Virus record (IMG/VR): IMGVR_UViG_3300024265_000049
Location: 1-63,004 of that record
Origin: a virus
Taxonomy: Duplodnaviria; Caudoviricetes
Strand: one strand, 5' to 3'
Length of the DNA stretch: 63,004 nucleotides
The position numbers were made by a program, and so were the translations under genes. Under the pieces are notes generated by a model that worked only from the letters and a program-made list of their open reading frames with translations, was not told the origin of the DNA and did not search any database. Shown here one piece after another: positions 1 to 10,049 of the stretch; the first letter of the stretch is position 1; each line of letters begins with the position of its first letter.

Positions 1-14
1 GAGCCGCTGGTCAA

Positions 15-140
15 GCGTCTCTAGGAGCCTGTAGCCGTAGCTCTCGAGTATCTTGCCGGCCATATCGGGAGCTGACTCACAGTCGACCTCGAGGCGCTTG
101 ACCAGCGGCTCGCCGACGGAAGCGTCTATTGCGATCAGAT
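15..140. repeat. 126-bp terminal direct repeat (circular assembly overlap), copy 1
   Basis: Identical to 62879..63004. Confidence 0.97.
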
Positions 141-795
141 CCGGATCGATAGCTGTCAGGAGCATGACACGTCTGGCCAGCTCGCCATGCGTAAGCCCAT
201 GGCCAACCTTGACCAGGTCGGACACTTGGGGCCGTACGTGCCTCGACAGGGATCCCTTGCCGGTCAGCTGCAAGGGATTGCCGAGCAAAGGGCGAGAGCT
301 TGCCCAAGAGCGAGCACCGGTAATCAGCGGGACCTTGAACAGGTCCCCATCAAAGTCGTACTCGACCAGGAAATCGATCTCACCGGTACCCGGAGGCGCA
401 AGCCCTTGGAGCTCTGTTTCCCACCCTGTCCAGGGCCTGCCGTTGTCTCCTACGCGGGAAGGCACTCCAAAGAACCACGCGATCCCTTCAAGGGCCATCT
501 CTACCGTAGGCAACCCGCCGTCATAGGGGTTCTCGCCGATGTAGTGGTCGGTACCGTTAAAACGGATGACGGGCCACGCCTGGCCAGGCTTAGCCGTTGG
601 GATACTGCCCCCGGCGTCAGCAGGCGGAGACAAGCCGAGGGCCGCAGACACGCCGGGCTGAGGCTCTATTTGGAGGAGCACTTCGTTGGGCGAACTCAAA
701 TCAAAAACATCAATAGACAAGAACACGGAAACAGACAGCGAAGGATCCTCCGCGGCAGGAGTGATACTCAGAAATATACTTGCCTGCTCGGTAAT
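15..795 (-). CDS. N-terminal part of tail tip/baseplate hub protein; continues across the junction into 62878..61257 (about 800 aa if it starts at ATT 795)
   Basis: Hand translation: the frame of ORF 61257..62927 stays open through the terminal repeat up to 909; AGGAG lies 7 nt before ATT at 795. Confidence 0.75.
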
Positions 796-887
796 GGTCC
801 TGCTCCTGTGATAAGATGTCTGGGCGGGCCGGAGTCTTGAACTCTCCAGCCCTGCCCCCAAACCATGCGCTGAAAGGAGCGACAGGA

Positions 888-1586
888 ATGGCTGACAAGA
901 GGCACTGTATCAGAATCGCAGCCCTGTTCGTTCAAGAGCGAAGCGCCTACACCGACCTTCCCGGAGTAGAAGCGTGGGGCGAAGCGCAAGATGCGCGAAC
1001 TTATCAAGGCCCTTGGCCTGTTGTAGCCCACCCTCCGTGCGCCAGGTGGGGAAGATACTGGAACGGCGGGCCGAGTGCTCGAAAGAAGCAACTACTAGGA
1101 GACGATGGCGGTTGTTTCGAGTCCGCATTGCTTTCTGTTCATATGTACGGAGGGGTACTCGAGCACCCTGCCGATTCTCTTGCATGGACGTGGTTCGGAA
1201 TCGAAAAACCACCAAGGTGCGGAGGTTGGATAAGGTGCAAAAACTACGCATGGACCTGCTGCGTGGAACAAGGACACTATGGACATATGGCCAGAAAAGC
1301 AACCTGGCTCTATATTTCTGGAATAATTGAACCGCCAGAACTTATCTGGGGGCCAGCTATGCACGCTCGTCGACTCAAGCCATCATACAAGACCGAAAAA
1401 GAATACCGCAGAGCAGTAAAAACAGGATCGTGCCAGAGGCTATCTAAACGGCAAAGGGCTTGCACTCCGGTCCCATTCAGAAATTTGTTGATTTCATTAG
1501 CGCGAAACACTCAGGCTCTCGACAAGGGTCGCCCTGTCTTTCTCCCCGCTCAATCCGCCGGAAGATGGCCTAGTCCTGCGTTATAG
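888..1586 (+). CDS. C5-cytosine DNA methyltransferase-like protein
   Basis: AHPPC (catalytic PC, motif IV), VLEHP (motif VI-like), YGH..RKATWL (motif VIII-like); no FxGxG; AAGGAG RBS before ATG 888. Confidence 0.6.
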   Translation: MADKRHCIRIAALFVQERSAYTDLPGVEAWGEAQDARTYQGPWPVVAHPPCARWGRYWNGGPSARKKQLLGDDGGCFESALLSVHMYGGVLEHPADSLAWTWFGIEKPPRCGGWIRCKNYAWTCCVEQGHYGHMARKATWLYISGIIEPPELIWGPAMHARRLKPSYKTEKEYRRAVKTGSCQRLSKRQRACTPVPFRNLLISLARNTQALDKGRPVFLPAQSAGRWPSPAL

Positions 1587-1650
1587 TCGGCAGACGGCGC
1601 CGACCGTTACCCGGCCCCGACCACCTAACCGGCCACAGAAAGGAACTCTC

Positions 1651-1869
1651 ATGGCCAGCCAAAATGATTCTAGCAGATCCGAATCCACAGAATACGCTTG
1701 CCTGCGGGTGGAAAATGGTATAACTCATTGCAGCTCAGATGCAAAATCCACAAAGTGCGGGTTCCCTGTTATGCGGGAATTCGACATTCTGTGGACATCT
1801 ATACAGATCGGAGCCCGTTGTATTCGCTGCCATCAACTCACGCATCCGCCTCATAATCCCTCAAAATAG
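1651..1869 (+). CDS. small Cys/His-rich hypothetical protein
   Basis: AAGGA RBS; HC, KCG and CIRCH residues. Confidence 0.5.
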   Translation: MASQNDSSRSESTEYACLRVENGITHCSSDAKSTKCGFPVMREFDILWTSIQIGARCIRCHQLTHPPHNPSK

Positions 1870-2572
1870 GTCGCTCAATATACTCGATCTCGTCCCGGAG
1901 ATCATTGAAATCAACAGTCTCACGGTCGACCGAAACGATCTCAACCGTCACCAGCCCGTAATACCTGACCAGAAGCGAGCCCCCCACGTCGCCGCTCAAG
2001 TCTCCGGTAACGAGCTCGCCTACATCGTCAGTGGAAGAGATTTGGATCTCGTCGCTGCCAGCAGGGACTCCACTGACTATAGTGAGGGTCGCAGCTCCTG
2101 GGTGATTTGTCGGCTCCGTCGTTGCTGTCACGACCCCCGAGGCATCTCTGATTTCAACCTTAGGCACGACATGCAAGGCGCGGACTCCGGTACTCCCTGA
2201 GATCAGGTGTGCAAGGCTCCACGTTGTCCTGGCCGTGCTCCTGATAGACCACGACTCGACCCGAGGCTCCGGTAGCCACAGTCGGGGCAAACCCTGCTGC
2301 TGCACAAGCCTGAGCCCTGAGACGTGCTCAAAATCGGTCTCACTGACGTACGGCTGAAACGACAGAACCCGCGTGGGATAGTCTGAAGCTCCCGTACTCG
2401 CCTTCGGGCTAGCCCCCCCGCTTTGGGGAGTAAATCCAGCAGGAGCTGCTACCCCGGCAAAGGTACCCGGCAAGGTGCCTGAGCCTGCCCGTAGCTCTCC
2501 GGCTGTGCCGATCTCGCGACCAGCTAGCCAAACCTTGTGCTTATGGACATCGGCCCACTGGGAAACACCCAT
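1838..2572 (-). CDS. minor tail protein (distal-tail position)
   Basis: Follows the tape measure gene; coupled TAATG start. Confidence 0.5.
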   Translation of the reverse strand: MGVSQWADVHKHKVWLAGREIGTAGELRAGSGTLPGTFAGVAAPAGFTPQSGGASPKASTGASDYPTRVLSFQPYVSETDFEHVSGLRLVQQQGLPRLWLPEPRVESWSIRSTARTTWSLAHLISGSTGVRALHVVPKVEIRDASGVVTATTEPTNHPGAATLTIVSGVPAGSDEIQISSTDDVGELVTGDLSGDVGGSLLVRYYGLVTVEIVSVDRETVDFNDLRDEIEYIERPILRDYEADA

Positions 2573-2820
2573 TACGCAACCCTCGGTCCCGATTTGAACA
2601 AATCCATCAAAAACGGATCCGCCTTACCTGCGCCTATTTTGTCGATCTTGCGACCAAGCCCCTGTAGATCACCTCGCATGCGCCGTAGATCGCCCGTAGA
2701 CGGTCCTCTCGCGGCAGTCTGACTGCCACCTACACGCACACCTGTCAGCCTGGATAAGCTGCGGCTCGCCTCTCCGGCCTTGCGGATTACGACGTCAAGC
2801 TGGGATCCTATCGTTGCCAT
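2572..2820 (-). CDS. hypothetical protein
   Basis: Translationally coupled ORF directly after the tape measure gene. Confidence 0.5.
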   Translation of the reverse strand: MATIGSQLDVVIRKAGEASRSLSRLTGVRVGGSQTAARGPSTGDLRRMRGDLQGLGRKIDKIGAGKADPFLMDLFKSGPRVA

Positions 2821-2837
2821 GGGCTCATCCTATCAAT

Positions 2838-5800
2838 CTACAGAGTCCGTTCCGCCTGTTCTCTCAACTGCACAAGCTTTTGAAAAACTTCCTCGATTTT
2901 GGCCAACAGGGAATCCAGGGCTCCGCTGACCTCTTTGATTCCGTTTTTGGCGGCTTCGACCAGAGCAGGAATCAGTTCCGTCATCTCGGTAATTTTGACG
3001 CTGATACTGTCGATTTTTGTTTCGACCTTGCCTAGTCCGCCTTCCAGATCTCGAAGTATTCCAAGGGTCTTACCCTTGATCTCTTCGCCAAGAGCCTGGA
3101 GCCGCTTGATCAAATCCTGAAGACTGCCATCGTCTCCAGCAAGCTCCTTAGCCTGTTTTGCGGTTTCTGTCAGCTGAGTTGCTATGTCCTTGATTGCACT
3201 GGCAGACCTTTGGATTCCTTCAGCGACTTCTTTTTCCCCAAGCTTGGCCACGGCGTCGACCAGCTTCTTGACTTCGGCTTCTTTTTCAGCTACTTCAAGG
3301 ACACCCTCGAGAGCTTCCTTGAGCTTAGCAGGACCTTCGGATTCTGAGGATTTGACAATTGCGTCTATATTTTCTTGAAGTTTCTCGAAGTTGCCAGTTT
3401 CTACCGCCGTTGCCAAGGTAGCAAGGATCTCTTCAAGGGTAGTCTTGAAAGGCGGAAGCTTTTCCCCGAGGGTCGAAACGCTGTCAGATATAGCGCCTAT
3501 CGGTTCGGCGACTGCGCCGATAGCCGTACCCGCCTCGGCCAGCCCCGGAACGGCCTCGGCAACGGCAGTGCCGAGCTCCTTAATTCCTTCCCCGGCCTCG
3601 GGAGCTTTGGTGGCTATCTTCCCAACGCCAGCAGCAGTTTTGTTCGACTCCTTGGCAAGAGCCCCAACCCCTTCAGCTGCCTTCTTGGCCCCTTCGCCGA
3701 GATTCGTGAGCTTCTTGACCCCATCCGCCGTCTCGATGATTTTTATTGATTTGGATGTTTTTCTGGTTGAATCGCTCAGGCTGTCTGCGCTGTCCGCAGC
3801 CTTGTCCGATGCGGTAGTCCATGAAAAAATGAGATCGATTCCGTCGTCTATCTCCCCGTCGAGAGCCGCAACCCCTTCGGCTGCCTCTTCCGCCCCAGTG
3901 CCTAAATTGGTGAAACTCTTGACCCCTTTGTCAGTTTCGAAAGATTCGATCGAAGCAGACGCGTCGTCAAGCGCCTCGCTAGTATTGCTTGCCTTGCTGG
4001 CCGTTTCGTCCAGTGTCCGATTGTAGTCTAGAATTTTGCCGGCAGACGTTTGCCCTGTTTCTCCTGTTTTTTCGAACGCTTTGTCAAGTTCTCCGAGAAG
4101 ATCAGCGAGCTCGAACGCTTGAACGCCCCCGCGCTCTCTCAGGCGTTCGAGCTCGGTGACAATCAGCCCGACATTGTTTCGCGCCGTGGCGCTAAGGTTG
4201 TCGAACTCAGACCCGCCCTTGATGATCTTATTTGCCAACTCGTCCAGTTCTTGGCCAACCTGTCCCGTAACATCTTCTACAACCGCCAGTCCAGCAGCCG
4301 CTTGCCGCGAGACAGCATCCGTTTCGGCGAGCGCTTGATTTGCCCCAAAAATAGCGTTTATATCGTCTTGCACGGGATCGCTAAGGCCAAGCCCGCCGGC
4401 CGCATCCTCTTGGATCCGATTCACCAGATCGCGAACGTCTGACAGCTGATCCCGGACCCCTTCTACCCCGGTTGCGCTTACCCCGATCTCTGCGCCCGCC
4501 CCTCTCTCGCTTTCGGCAAGCAGAGCTCTGCGTTTTGCAGCAAAATCCCCGAGCTCTTTTAGTTGTTCCTTGTTTGAGTCCTTCAGATTGTCCAGAAATC
4601 TTTTTTGCGCAGCATTCGCTAAGTCTTCCCGTTCAGCCTGCTCCTTTCTAAGCAAAGCCTTTCGTTCTGCCGCTGCCGCTTCTTCGGCTGCTAATTGATC
4701 TTCAAGCCCTCTTTTTTGCCGGTCTTCGATCCTTTGCAGGATCTTTTCTACTGCGCCGTCAGCGTCTTCTAGAACCTTAATGGAAAGCCCGGTTACCTTA
4801 CTGATCGCAGCAAAAAGAGTTTCCGAGCCCTTGATGTAGCCAATAAGAAACCGGTCAAACGTATTGGCTGCCAGGTCCCACAACTTGATCCAGTCCCCGG
4901 TAACGAACCCCACAAGAGCCCGGGTCAGATCTTGCAACTGATCAGAAATTATCTTGAATGCTCCGGAAACGCTCCCGGCTACCGATTTCCCGCTGATCTC
5001 CAGTTGGTCAAAAAGCTTGAGCCATTCTTCAAGCTCAGGGATCATGTTCTCGCCGATTTCTCGGCCAGTTTCGAAAATCCCATTCTGCACTCTTTGAAGT
5101 GTTGACCTGAAGTCCGCGGCATTCTTGAGCACTGCCGGGCCAAACAATTTGGGCAGCTCAGCTGCCAGTACAATCGTCGCCTCTTTGGCCGGGATCAAGC
5201 CCTTCTTCTGGAGTTCAAAGAGCCTCTCAGTAGTAATTCCCAGGCCCCGTGCAAGAGCTTCGGTGACGCCGGGCAGAACCTCCATGATAATCTTGAGATC
5301 CTGCATCTCAAATTTGTTCTTTGCTAGACCTTGCTCTACTTGCCTGAGTGCCCGATTCAACTCTTCTTGAGTCCGGCCCGCACCCGTAGCGGCAACTGAA
5401 AAACCTTCAACGATTGCCTCTGACTCTTTGAGAGTCAGGCCCATGCGCAAAGCGGTATTGATGAATTTTGCGGTCGATTCCTCAAGCCCCTGGAGATCAG
5501 CCCCCAATGCTTTAGCCCTGGCCCGGACCCGTTCTAGAACTTCGTCGGCTCCAACGCCATCAATGGCGTCCAGGGCGTTCTCGAGACGTTTCAGGTCGTT
5601 AGCGGCCCTGACGGCAGCTCCGCCAAGCTCCGCAACTTTCCGGACCACTATTGCGGCAAAGAATCCGGTAACGGCCGTCCGCAAGCCCTGGAAAGTGCTG
5701 GTCAGTTTCGAGAACTTAGAAGGGGAAGCGTCCTGGGAAAACTTCTTGAATTCCGTCCTGGCTCGCCGAGTGGCCCGCTCTACGTCCTTGAGCTCTTTCT

Positions 5801-6191
5801 CGGTCGCATTCAGCGCCCGCGGAGCACGTTTTCCGAATTCGAGCATGGCGCGGCCAGCTCGGTCCACCTCTGCCCTAAGCCGCTGTGTCGACTTAGCGGC
5901 CGGATCAAAATCGATTCGCTTTGACGCCTTCCCCAGTGCTCTTGCCGCCCGGGTAAACTCCTTTTCAAGACGGTCGCCTTCCTTGGTGAGCTCTTTGACG
6001 TCTCGAGTTGTTTCGTCAAGCTCCTTTTGAGCCCTGTCAAGCCCCTCGGTGTCAAGCTTGAGATCTTGCTTTTCAAGATCGCTAATAGCCGAATCCAAGT
6101 CACGAACCCCAGACCCCAGCTTGGCAACTTTGCTGAGCTCCGCCCCGGCAAGCTCAACGATCAGCTTCAGGACGGCCGTAGCATCAGCCAT
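2838..6191 (-). CDS. tail tape measure protein
   Basis: 1117 aa, Ala/Glu/Lys-rich and helical; tape-measure domain-like segment (RALRQVEQGLAKNKFEMQDLKIIMEVLPG); follows the tail tube gene. Confidence 0.9.
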   Translation of the reverse strand: MADATAVLKLIVELAGAELSKVAKLGSGVRDLDSAISDLEKQDLKLDTEGLDRAQKELDETTRDVKELTKEGDRLEKEFTRAARALGKASKRIDFDPAAKSTQRLRAEVDRAGRAMLEFGKRAPRALNATEKELKDVERATRRARTEFKKFSQDASPSKFSKLTSTFQGLRTAVTGFFAAIVVRKVAELGGAAVRAANDLKRLENALDAIDGVGADEVLERVRARAKALGADLQGLEESTAKFINTALRMGLTLKESEAIVEGFSVAATGAGRTQEELNRALRQVEQGLAKNKFEMQDLKIIMEVLPGVTEALARGLGITTERLFELQKKGLIPAKEATIVLAAELPKLFGPAVLKNAADFRSTLQRVQNGIFETGREIGENMIPELEEWLKLFDQLEISGKSVAGSVSGAFKIISDQLQDLTRALVGFVTGDWIKLWDLAANTFDRFLIGYIKGSETLFAAISKVTGLSIKVLEDADGAVEKILQRIEDRQKRGLEDQLAAEEAAAAERKALLRKEQAEREDLANAAQKRFLDNLKDSNKEQLKELGDFAAKRRALLAESERGAGAEIGVSATGVEGVRDQLSDVRDLVNRIQEDAAGGLGLSDPVQDDINAIFGANQALAETDAVSRQAAAGLAVVEDVTGQVGQELDELANKIIKGGSEFDNLSATARNNVGLIVTELERLRERGGVQAFELADLLGELDKAFEKTGETGQTSAGKILDYNRTLDETASKASNTSEALDDASASIESFETDKGVKSFTNLGTGAEEAAEGVAALDGEIDDGIDLIFSWTTASDKAADSADSLSDSTRKTSKSIKIIETADGVKKLTNLGEGAKKAAEGVGALAKESNKTAAGVGKIATKAPEAGEGIKELGTAVAEAVPGLAEAGTAIGAVAEPIGAISDSVSTLGEKLPPFKTTLEEILATLATAVETGNFEKLQENIDAIVKSSESEGPAKLKEALEGVLEVAEKEAEVKKLVDAVAKLGEKEVAEGIQRSASAIKDIATQLTETAKQAKELAGDDGSLQDLIKRLQALGEEIKGKTLGILRDLEGGLGKVETKIDSISVKITEMTELIPALVEAAKNGIKEVSGALDSLLAKIEEVFQKLVQLREQAERTL

Positions 6192-6303
6192 CAGAGCTCC
6201 CTACAGGCCCCATGCTGGCCGATCGGCCCAGACGCACCTTATGACCCGTCTCGCTAGAGATCGACCCTGGGGTGCCTGTGGGCGCTGTGGGCATATGAAA
6301 ATA

Positions 6304-6347
6304 GCCCCGGAGCAAACCCTGGAACGGTGGACAGGGACTCCGGGGCC
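6304..6347 (-). terminator. hairpin after the major tail gene
   Basis: GCCCCGGAG...CTCCGGGGC inverted repeat followed by TATTTT on the minus strand. Confidence 0.5.
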
Positions 6348-6373
6348 GTGAGGAGATGATTGAGCCCTGCTTC

Positions 6374-7825
6374 CTATGCTTCCTGGTCTGCTACCGCTGC
6401 TATCACGTCAATTTCCACGCCAGCATCGGCGATCGACGCGTCAGGATGCGAGGCAAGCGCCAGAGTTGCACTGTCGTCCGTTGCCCCGCCGGTGAACGTT
6501 TTGAGCGTCGACCCGTCGCTATGCCTGAGATTCGGCGCTGTGATCGTGACCGAATATGTAGCCGGCGAAGTGCCACTGTCGATAACAACCTTAGAGTCGA
6601 TCGTCGTGACAAGGCTGACCTTGGCGTTTTTCGGGATACCGAACTGGAGCCGATCGCTGATCCACTTGCGGGCAAGGCCAATCTCGAGCGATGGATTGCC
6701 GGACCCGAAAAACGCTTGAGACATCGCCCGGCAAATGCCCGGAGGCACCATTTGAGCATCACTGGTCAACGTCAAGTCAAGACTTTCCAGGGTTGGCGTT
6801 TCAACGCCGTCGACAGTCAGGCAAAAGTTGACCGAAACCAAGTCCGGCTCTGTCGTGGGGACTGGCGCCCATGTCGCCGCGAGAGTATTAGACACGACGT
6901 CAAGGTCTGCCCAGCCGGTGCCCGTTTCGTCCACCACGGCCACTTCAATTGGCGCGCCACCTGTTGCCAGTCCGATTGGTTCACCTGTTACATCGTCTAT
7001 CACCTCGGACCATCTAGGCTGTCCGCCTTCGCCGGTCTCGAGACCGCAGGTCACGGTGAAGGTAAAGGACCCTACAAACGTCGGAGTTGACCCGATTTCA
7101 GCCTGGAACGTCAAGACCTTGGGGTCAGCAAGCGTACCAGCGCCGGTTGGAGCACCGATCTGCTTGAGGTTCAATTGCTGTTCAGCAGCAGCTGGAACGA
7201 TTTCCGCCAAGGACTGCAAGCCTCTGGCAATTGGTACCACTGCCGGAGTACCGGTATCGATGGCCCAGATGCCTTCGTATTCACTGTAGTTGAGCGGAAG
7301 AATATTCCACAATGAATTGACCACGGCGTTGGCCGCAACGTTCAGGACCCAGCTTTGTACCTTAGCCGGACCCCATCTGTGGACATTAGAACCCGAAGAA
7401 TTGAAATAGAACCACAGGGCTCTGAGGGTTGCGGCATCGATCCAATTGACGTCCGTCTGAGTATTGCTGATCCGGTGGCGGTACGCCAAGCTCCCGAGAA
7501 GCTGCTCAGGCGTTGCCGCGCCACCCAAAAGCGAGGTCAATAAGTTCAGCTCCCAGATACTGGGCCGCAGCGGGTGCTGCAAAGGCCAGGGGCCGGTGCC
7601 GATAGCCCCCGGAAGAGTTTCAGGGGTCCAGCCTTGGCCGGCGATATTGCCGTCAAGCGAAACTCGCCCAACGGTGGGAGTAGGGCCAAGGTTCGAAAAC
7701 CCCGAAGGCGTCGGGTACCGAAACCCAACAGCCGCGTCCTCCGTCCTGATATCGCCTGCTTCACTGAGCGCAAAACGGATCTTGGCCAGTGACGGCCGGA
7801 ACTCTTCGGATCCTAGTCCACTCAT
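6374..7825 (-). CDS. probable major tail tube protein
   Basis: Beta-rich 483 aa ORF with strong RBS, just upstream of the tape measure gene. Confidence 0.6.
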   Translation of the reverse strand: MSGLGSEEFRPSLAKIRFALSEAGDIRTEDAAVGFRYPTPSGFSNLGPTPTVGRVSLDGNIAGQGWTPETLPGAIGTGPWPLQHPLRPSIWELNLLTSLLGGAATPEQLLGSLAYRHRISNTQTDVNWIDAATLRALWFYFNSSGSNVHRWGPAKVQSWVLNVAANAVVNSLWNILPLNYSEYEGIWAIDTGTPAVVPIARGLQSLAEIVPAAAEQQLNLKQIGAPTGAGTLADPKVLTFQAEIGSTPTFVGSFTFTVTCGLETGEGGQPRWSEVIDDVTGEPIGLATGGAPIEVAVVDETGTGWADLDVVSNTLAATWAPVPTTEPDLVSVNFCLTVDGVETPTLESLDLTLTSDAQMVPPGICRAMSQAFFGSGNPSLEIGLARKWISDRLQFGIPKNAKVSLVTTIDSKVVIDSGTSPATYSVTITAPNLRHSDGSTLKTFTGGATDDSATLALASHPDASIADAGVEIDVIAAVADQEA

Positions 7826-7857
7826 TTGTCTCTCCTATCGAAAGCTTCAGACCTGGA

Positions 7858-8388
7858 TTATGCCGCCGCAAGCTCGGCAAGGCGACTTCGCTGTTTGTCC
7901 CTCGCCTTGGCTTTGTGCACCGCCGTCTCTTCGGCAGACCTGGCCAATTGCGCAATAGCCTCGGCGTCTGTGATTACCTCGACAGGGCAGCTTCTGGACT
8001 CGAGCACTTTGCGTTGATCGCCGGTCACCTTGACCAAACGGCCGAAAGCGGTAATTTCCCCGATACCTTCTACGATGGCCGTTGCCCCCTGTCCTTTCGA
8101 ACGCCGCACCCAGAGCTCGCCGCCCTGAAGAGGAGGGTTCGCGACGTATCGGACAGGCCCTGGAGTCACGACACCGTCGCTATCAATGGTATGGCCCGCG
8201 CCCAAAGACTTGAGCACGCCGCCGGAAAGCAGTCTGGTAACTTCACTGACAAGTTCTTTGCCGCTCAGGCCAAGTCCGGTTTTGAGGTCCTTGGCAAAAA
8301 GTATCTTGCCTTTGGACGCAGCCGCAAGCAGAAAACCCGACGGATCGGCGGAAACGGCCTCAGGGCTCTTGGGTGGGGTCTTTGCCAT
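7858..8388 (-). CDS. hypothetical protein (tail region)
   Basis: GAGGAG RBS; operon context. Confidence 0.55.
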   Translation of the reverse strand: MAKTPPKSPEAVSADPSGFLLAAASKGKILFAKDLKTGLGLSGKELVSEVTRLLSGGVLKSLGAGHTIDSDGVVTPGPVRYVANPPLQGGELWVRRSKGQGATAIVEGIGEITAFGRLVKVTGDQRKVLESRSCPVEVITDAEAIAQLARSAEETAVHKAKARDKQRSRLAELAAA

Positions 8389-8401
8389 TGCTTGAATCTC
8401 C

Positions 8402-9034
8402 TCAGCAGGTTGTTCTCACCAGGCCGAAAACGGCACTCCAGGTTGCGGCTGACATCATACACGACGTGCCGTCAGAAAGCGAGACCTCTTGGACCTGATG
8501 ATCGGTCGGAAGGATCCCGTCTAGAATTCCATGCCTTGCGGTTGGTACGTTCAGGAGCCCGCCAAAGCCCGTAGGGAGGTCCGGCCAGGCCGTATACAAC
8601 GGAGAAGCATTGTCTCTCCAGACCAGGGTGGGGTTGCCTTCATGAGGCGTTCCGGCCGCGTCCTGCCCGCCTTCTACAGCAAGGCGAATCATAAAATCAA
8701 GGTCCAGGGCGGCGCCTTCAGCCTTGCCGGTCGCTCCAGCATCGGGAAGCAGCTCAACCTCCTCAGGCCACACAAAAGTCAGATTTAGCCTGAGTCCTTC
8801 GATGCCGCCGCTTACGTTGTCGCTGGTGCGGTCAAACCCCAGTGACCACCCGTAAATGTGCCAAGGAGCGCCGGAGAAGTTAGGCCCCGAGGTCTTGCGC
8901 ACTGCGTCTGCCTTGTCTTGGTGAAACCACTTTAAGACGGCCGCTTGGCGTATCGTCTCCATTAAGACGTCGAGAGCAGCCCCCGAGACCTGCTGAGGAG
9001 CTCCGCGAGCAGCTAAGGCTGAGACAGGCATCAC
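8402..9034 (-). CDS. probable tail completion/terminator protein
   Basis: Position between neck and tail tube genes. Confidence 0.4.
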   Translation of the reverse strand: MMPVSALAARGAPQQVSGAALDVLMETIRQAAVLKWFHQDKADAVRKTSGPNFSGAPWHIYGWSLGFDRTSDNVSGGIEGLRLNLTFVWPEEVELLPDAGATGKAEGAALDLDFMIRLAVEGGQDAAGTPHEGNPTLVWRDNASPLYTAWPDLPTGFGGLLNVPTARHGILDGILPTDHQVQEVSLSDGTSCMMSAATWSAVFGLVRTTC

Positions 9035-9507
9035 TCAGGCCCCGTCGTCGTTGGTCGACACTTGCGAATCAGCGGCAACTTAGCGCCGCCAGGAGTGCTC
9101 TCTTGCAGCTTCTTTCGAATCACTCCGGCCTCGAGCATTGGCCTTATCGTGTCCCATGGCTCGCCCTGTTTCCGGTGAAACCAGCCCGGGAGATCAAACT
9201 TGCTCTGCCCTTGACCTGGAAAGACATTGTACCAACGCCTGAATTTCAAGGCCCCGTAGAGCTTCCGTTGGAAGTCGGTCAAGGCTTTGCCGTTGAACTT
9301 GCTCATGGGAGATATTGCCCAGGCTGACCAGGGGCACAGACCGGCCGACCTGTAGGACTCCTGATCAGCCACTCGAGTAACCGCCAAGAGTTCCACCAAG
9401 AGGCGGCTAAGAGCGAGCGGGCGCAAAGGAGAGTACCACGAAACAAGGGGTTGTGCTAGACTGTCTAGACTGGCCAGGACGGCTCTACGGTCCCGGCCAG
9501 TCCCCAA
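9031..9507 (-). CDS. hypothetical head-tail region protein (true start probably near 9427)
   Basis: Overlaps the next gene by ATGA; TG-G-TACTCT promoter near 9430-9438. Confidence 0.4.
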   Translation of the reverse strand: MGTGRDRRAVLASLDSLAQPLVSWYSPLRPLALSRLLVELLAVTRVADQESYRSAGLCPWSAWAISPMSKFNGKALTDFQRKLYGALKFRRWYNVFPGQGQSKFDLPGWFHRKQGEPWDTIRPMLEAGVIRKKLQESTPGGAKLPLIRKCRPTTTGPE

Positions 9508-9532
9508 CCATACACCCTAAGGAGGTGACAGG

Positions 9533-9766
9533 ATGGCTGACAAGACGAAGAATAGCACGGGTCATCGAGTCTGCACGAAATGCCCGACTCCCCACCCGGA
9601 GAACTGCGAAAGGTGCTTCGGGTTTGGGCTAGTCGATTCGGTTCCGATTGCAGCAAATCGCGCTTATGGCCCGTTACTTCCTGGCCGCAAGACATGCGAG
9701 ACGTGCCGGGGTTCGCAACCAGGACCACAAGGCGTCCACGCACTAAAGGAGCGACAGGATGGCTGA
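9533..9766 (+). CDS. small Zn-finger protein (moron)
   Basis: Three CxxC pairs; GGAGG RBS. Confidence 0.6.
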   Translation: MADKTKNSTGHRVCTKCPTPHPENCERCFGFGLVDSVPIAANRAYGPLLPGRKTCETCRGSQPGPQGVHALKERQDG

Positions 9767-10049
9767 CAGAATCAAGGATAGTGCAAAACGTCCGCCTGTA
9801 CGAATGATCGTCGAGTGCCATGGAGCTGTCAGCAGGGCCGTTGCCCTGTCGCTAGTCGCCCGTGTCATCTCAGAAGGAAGGATTTCGGAAGGGTCGAACG
9901 GAAGCCAATACTGCCACATTACGGCATTTGAAGACGGAACGAAAGTCTATGCCACTAGAAACAAGGCGAGCGACCGTTTCACCGTATGGAAGCCAAGAAG
10001 TCTGGAACGCACTAAGCAGGCTGAAAATCAAGGAAAACAATCGCCTTAG
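9759..10049 (+). CDS. hypothetical protein (moron)
   Basis: AAGGAG RBS; leader shared with genes at 888 and 9533. Confidence 0.6.
   Translation: MADRIKDSAKRPPVRMIVECHGAVSRAVALSLVARVISEGRISEGSNGSQYCHITAFEDGTKVYATRNKASDRFTVWKPRSLERTKQAENQGKQSP

Noticed and set aside
1-17. The first 17 nt are the reverse complement of 95..111 (possible hairpin end/telomere)
   Set aside because: Bases 1-14 break the otherwise exact terminal repeat and fall inside a gene; most likely a chimeric read end or assembly artefact. No protelomerase is seen.
3660-3960. Internal ~30-aa repeat in the tape measure protein
   Set aside because: Ordinary for tape measure proteins.
2899-8574. Many long plus-strand ORFs opposite the structural genes
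   Set aside because: Antisense shadows of GC-rich coding sequence, with no RBS or motifs.
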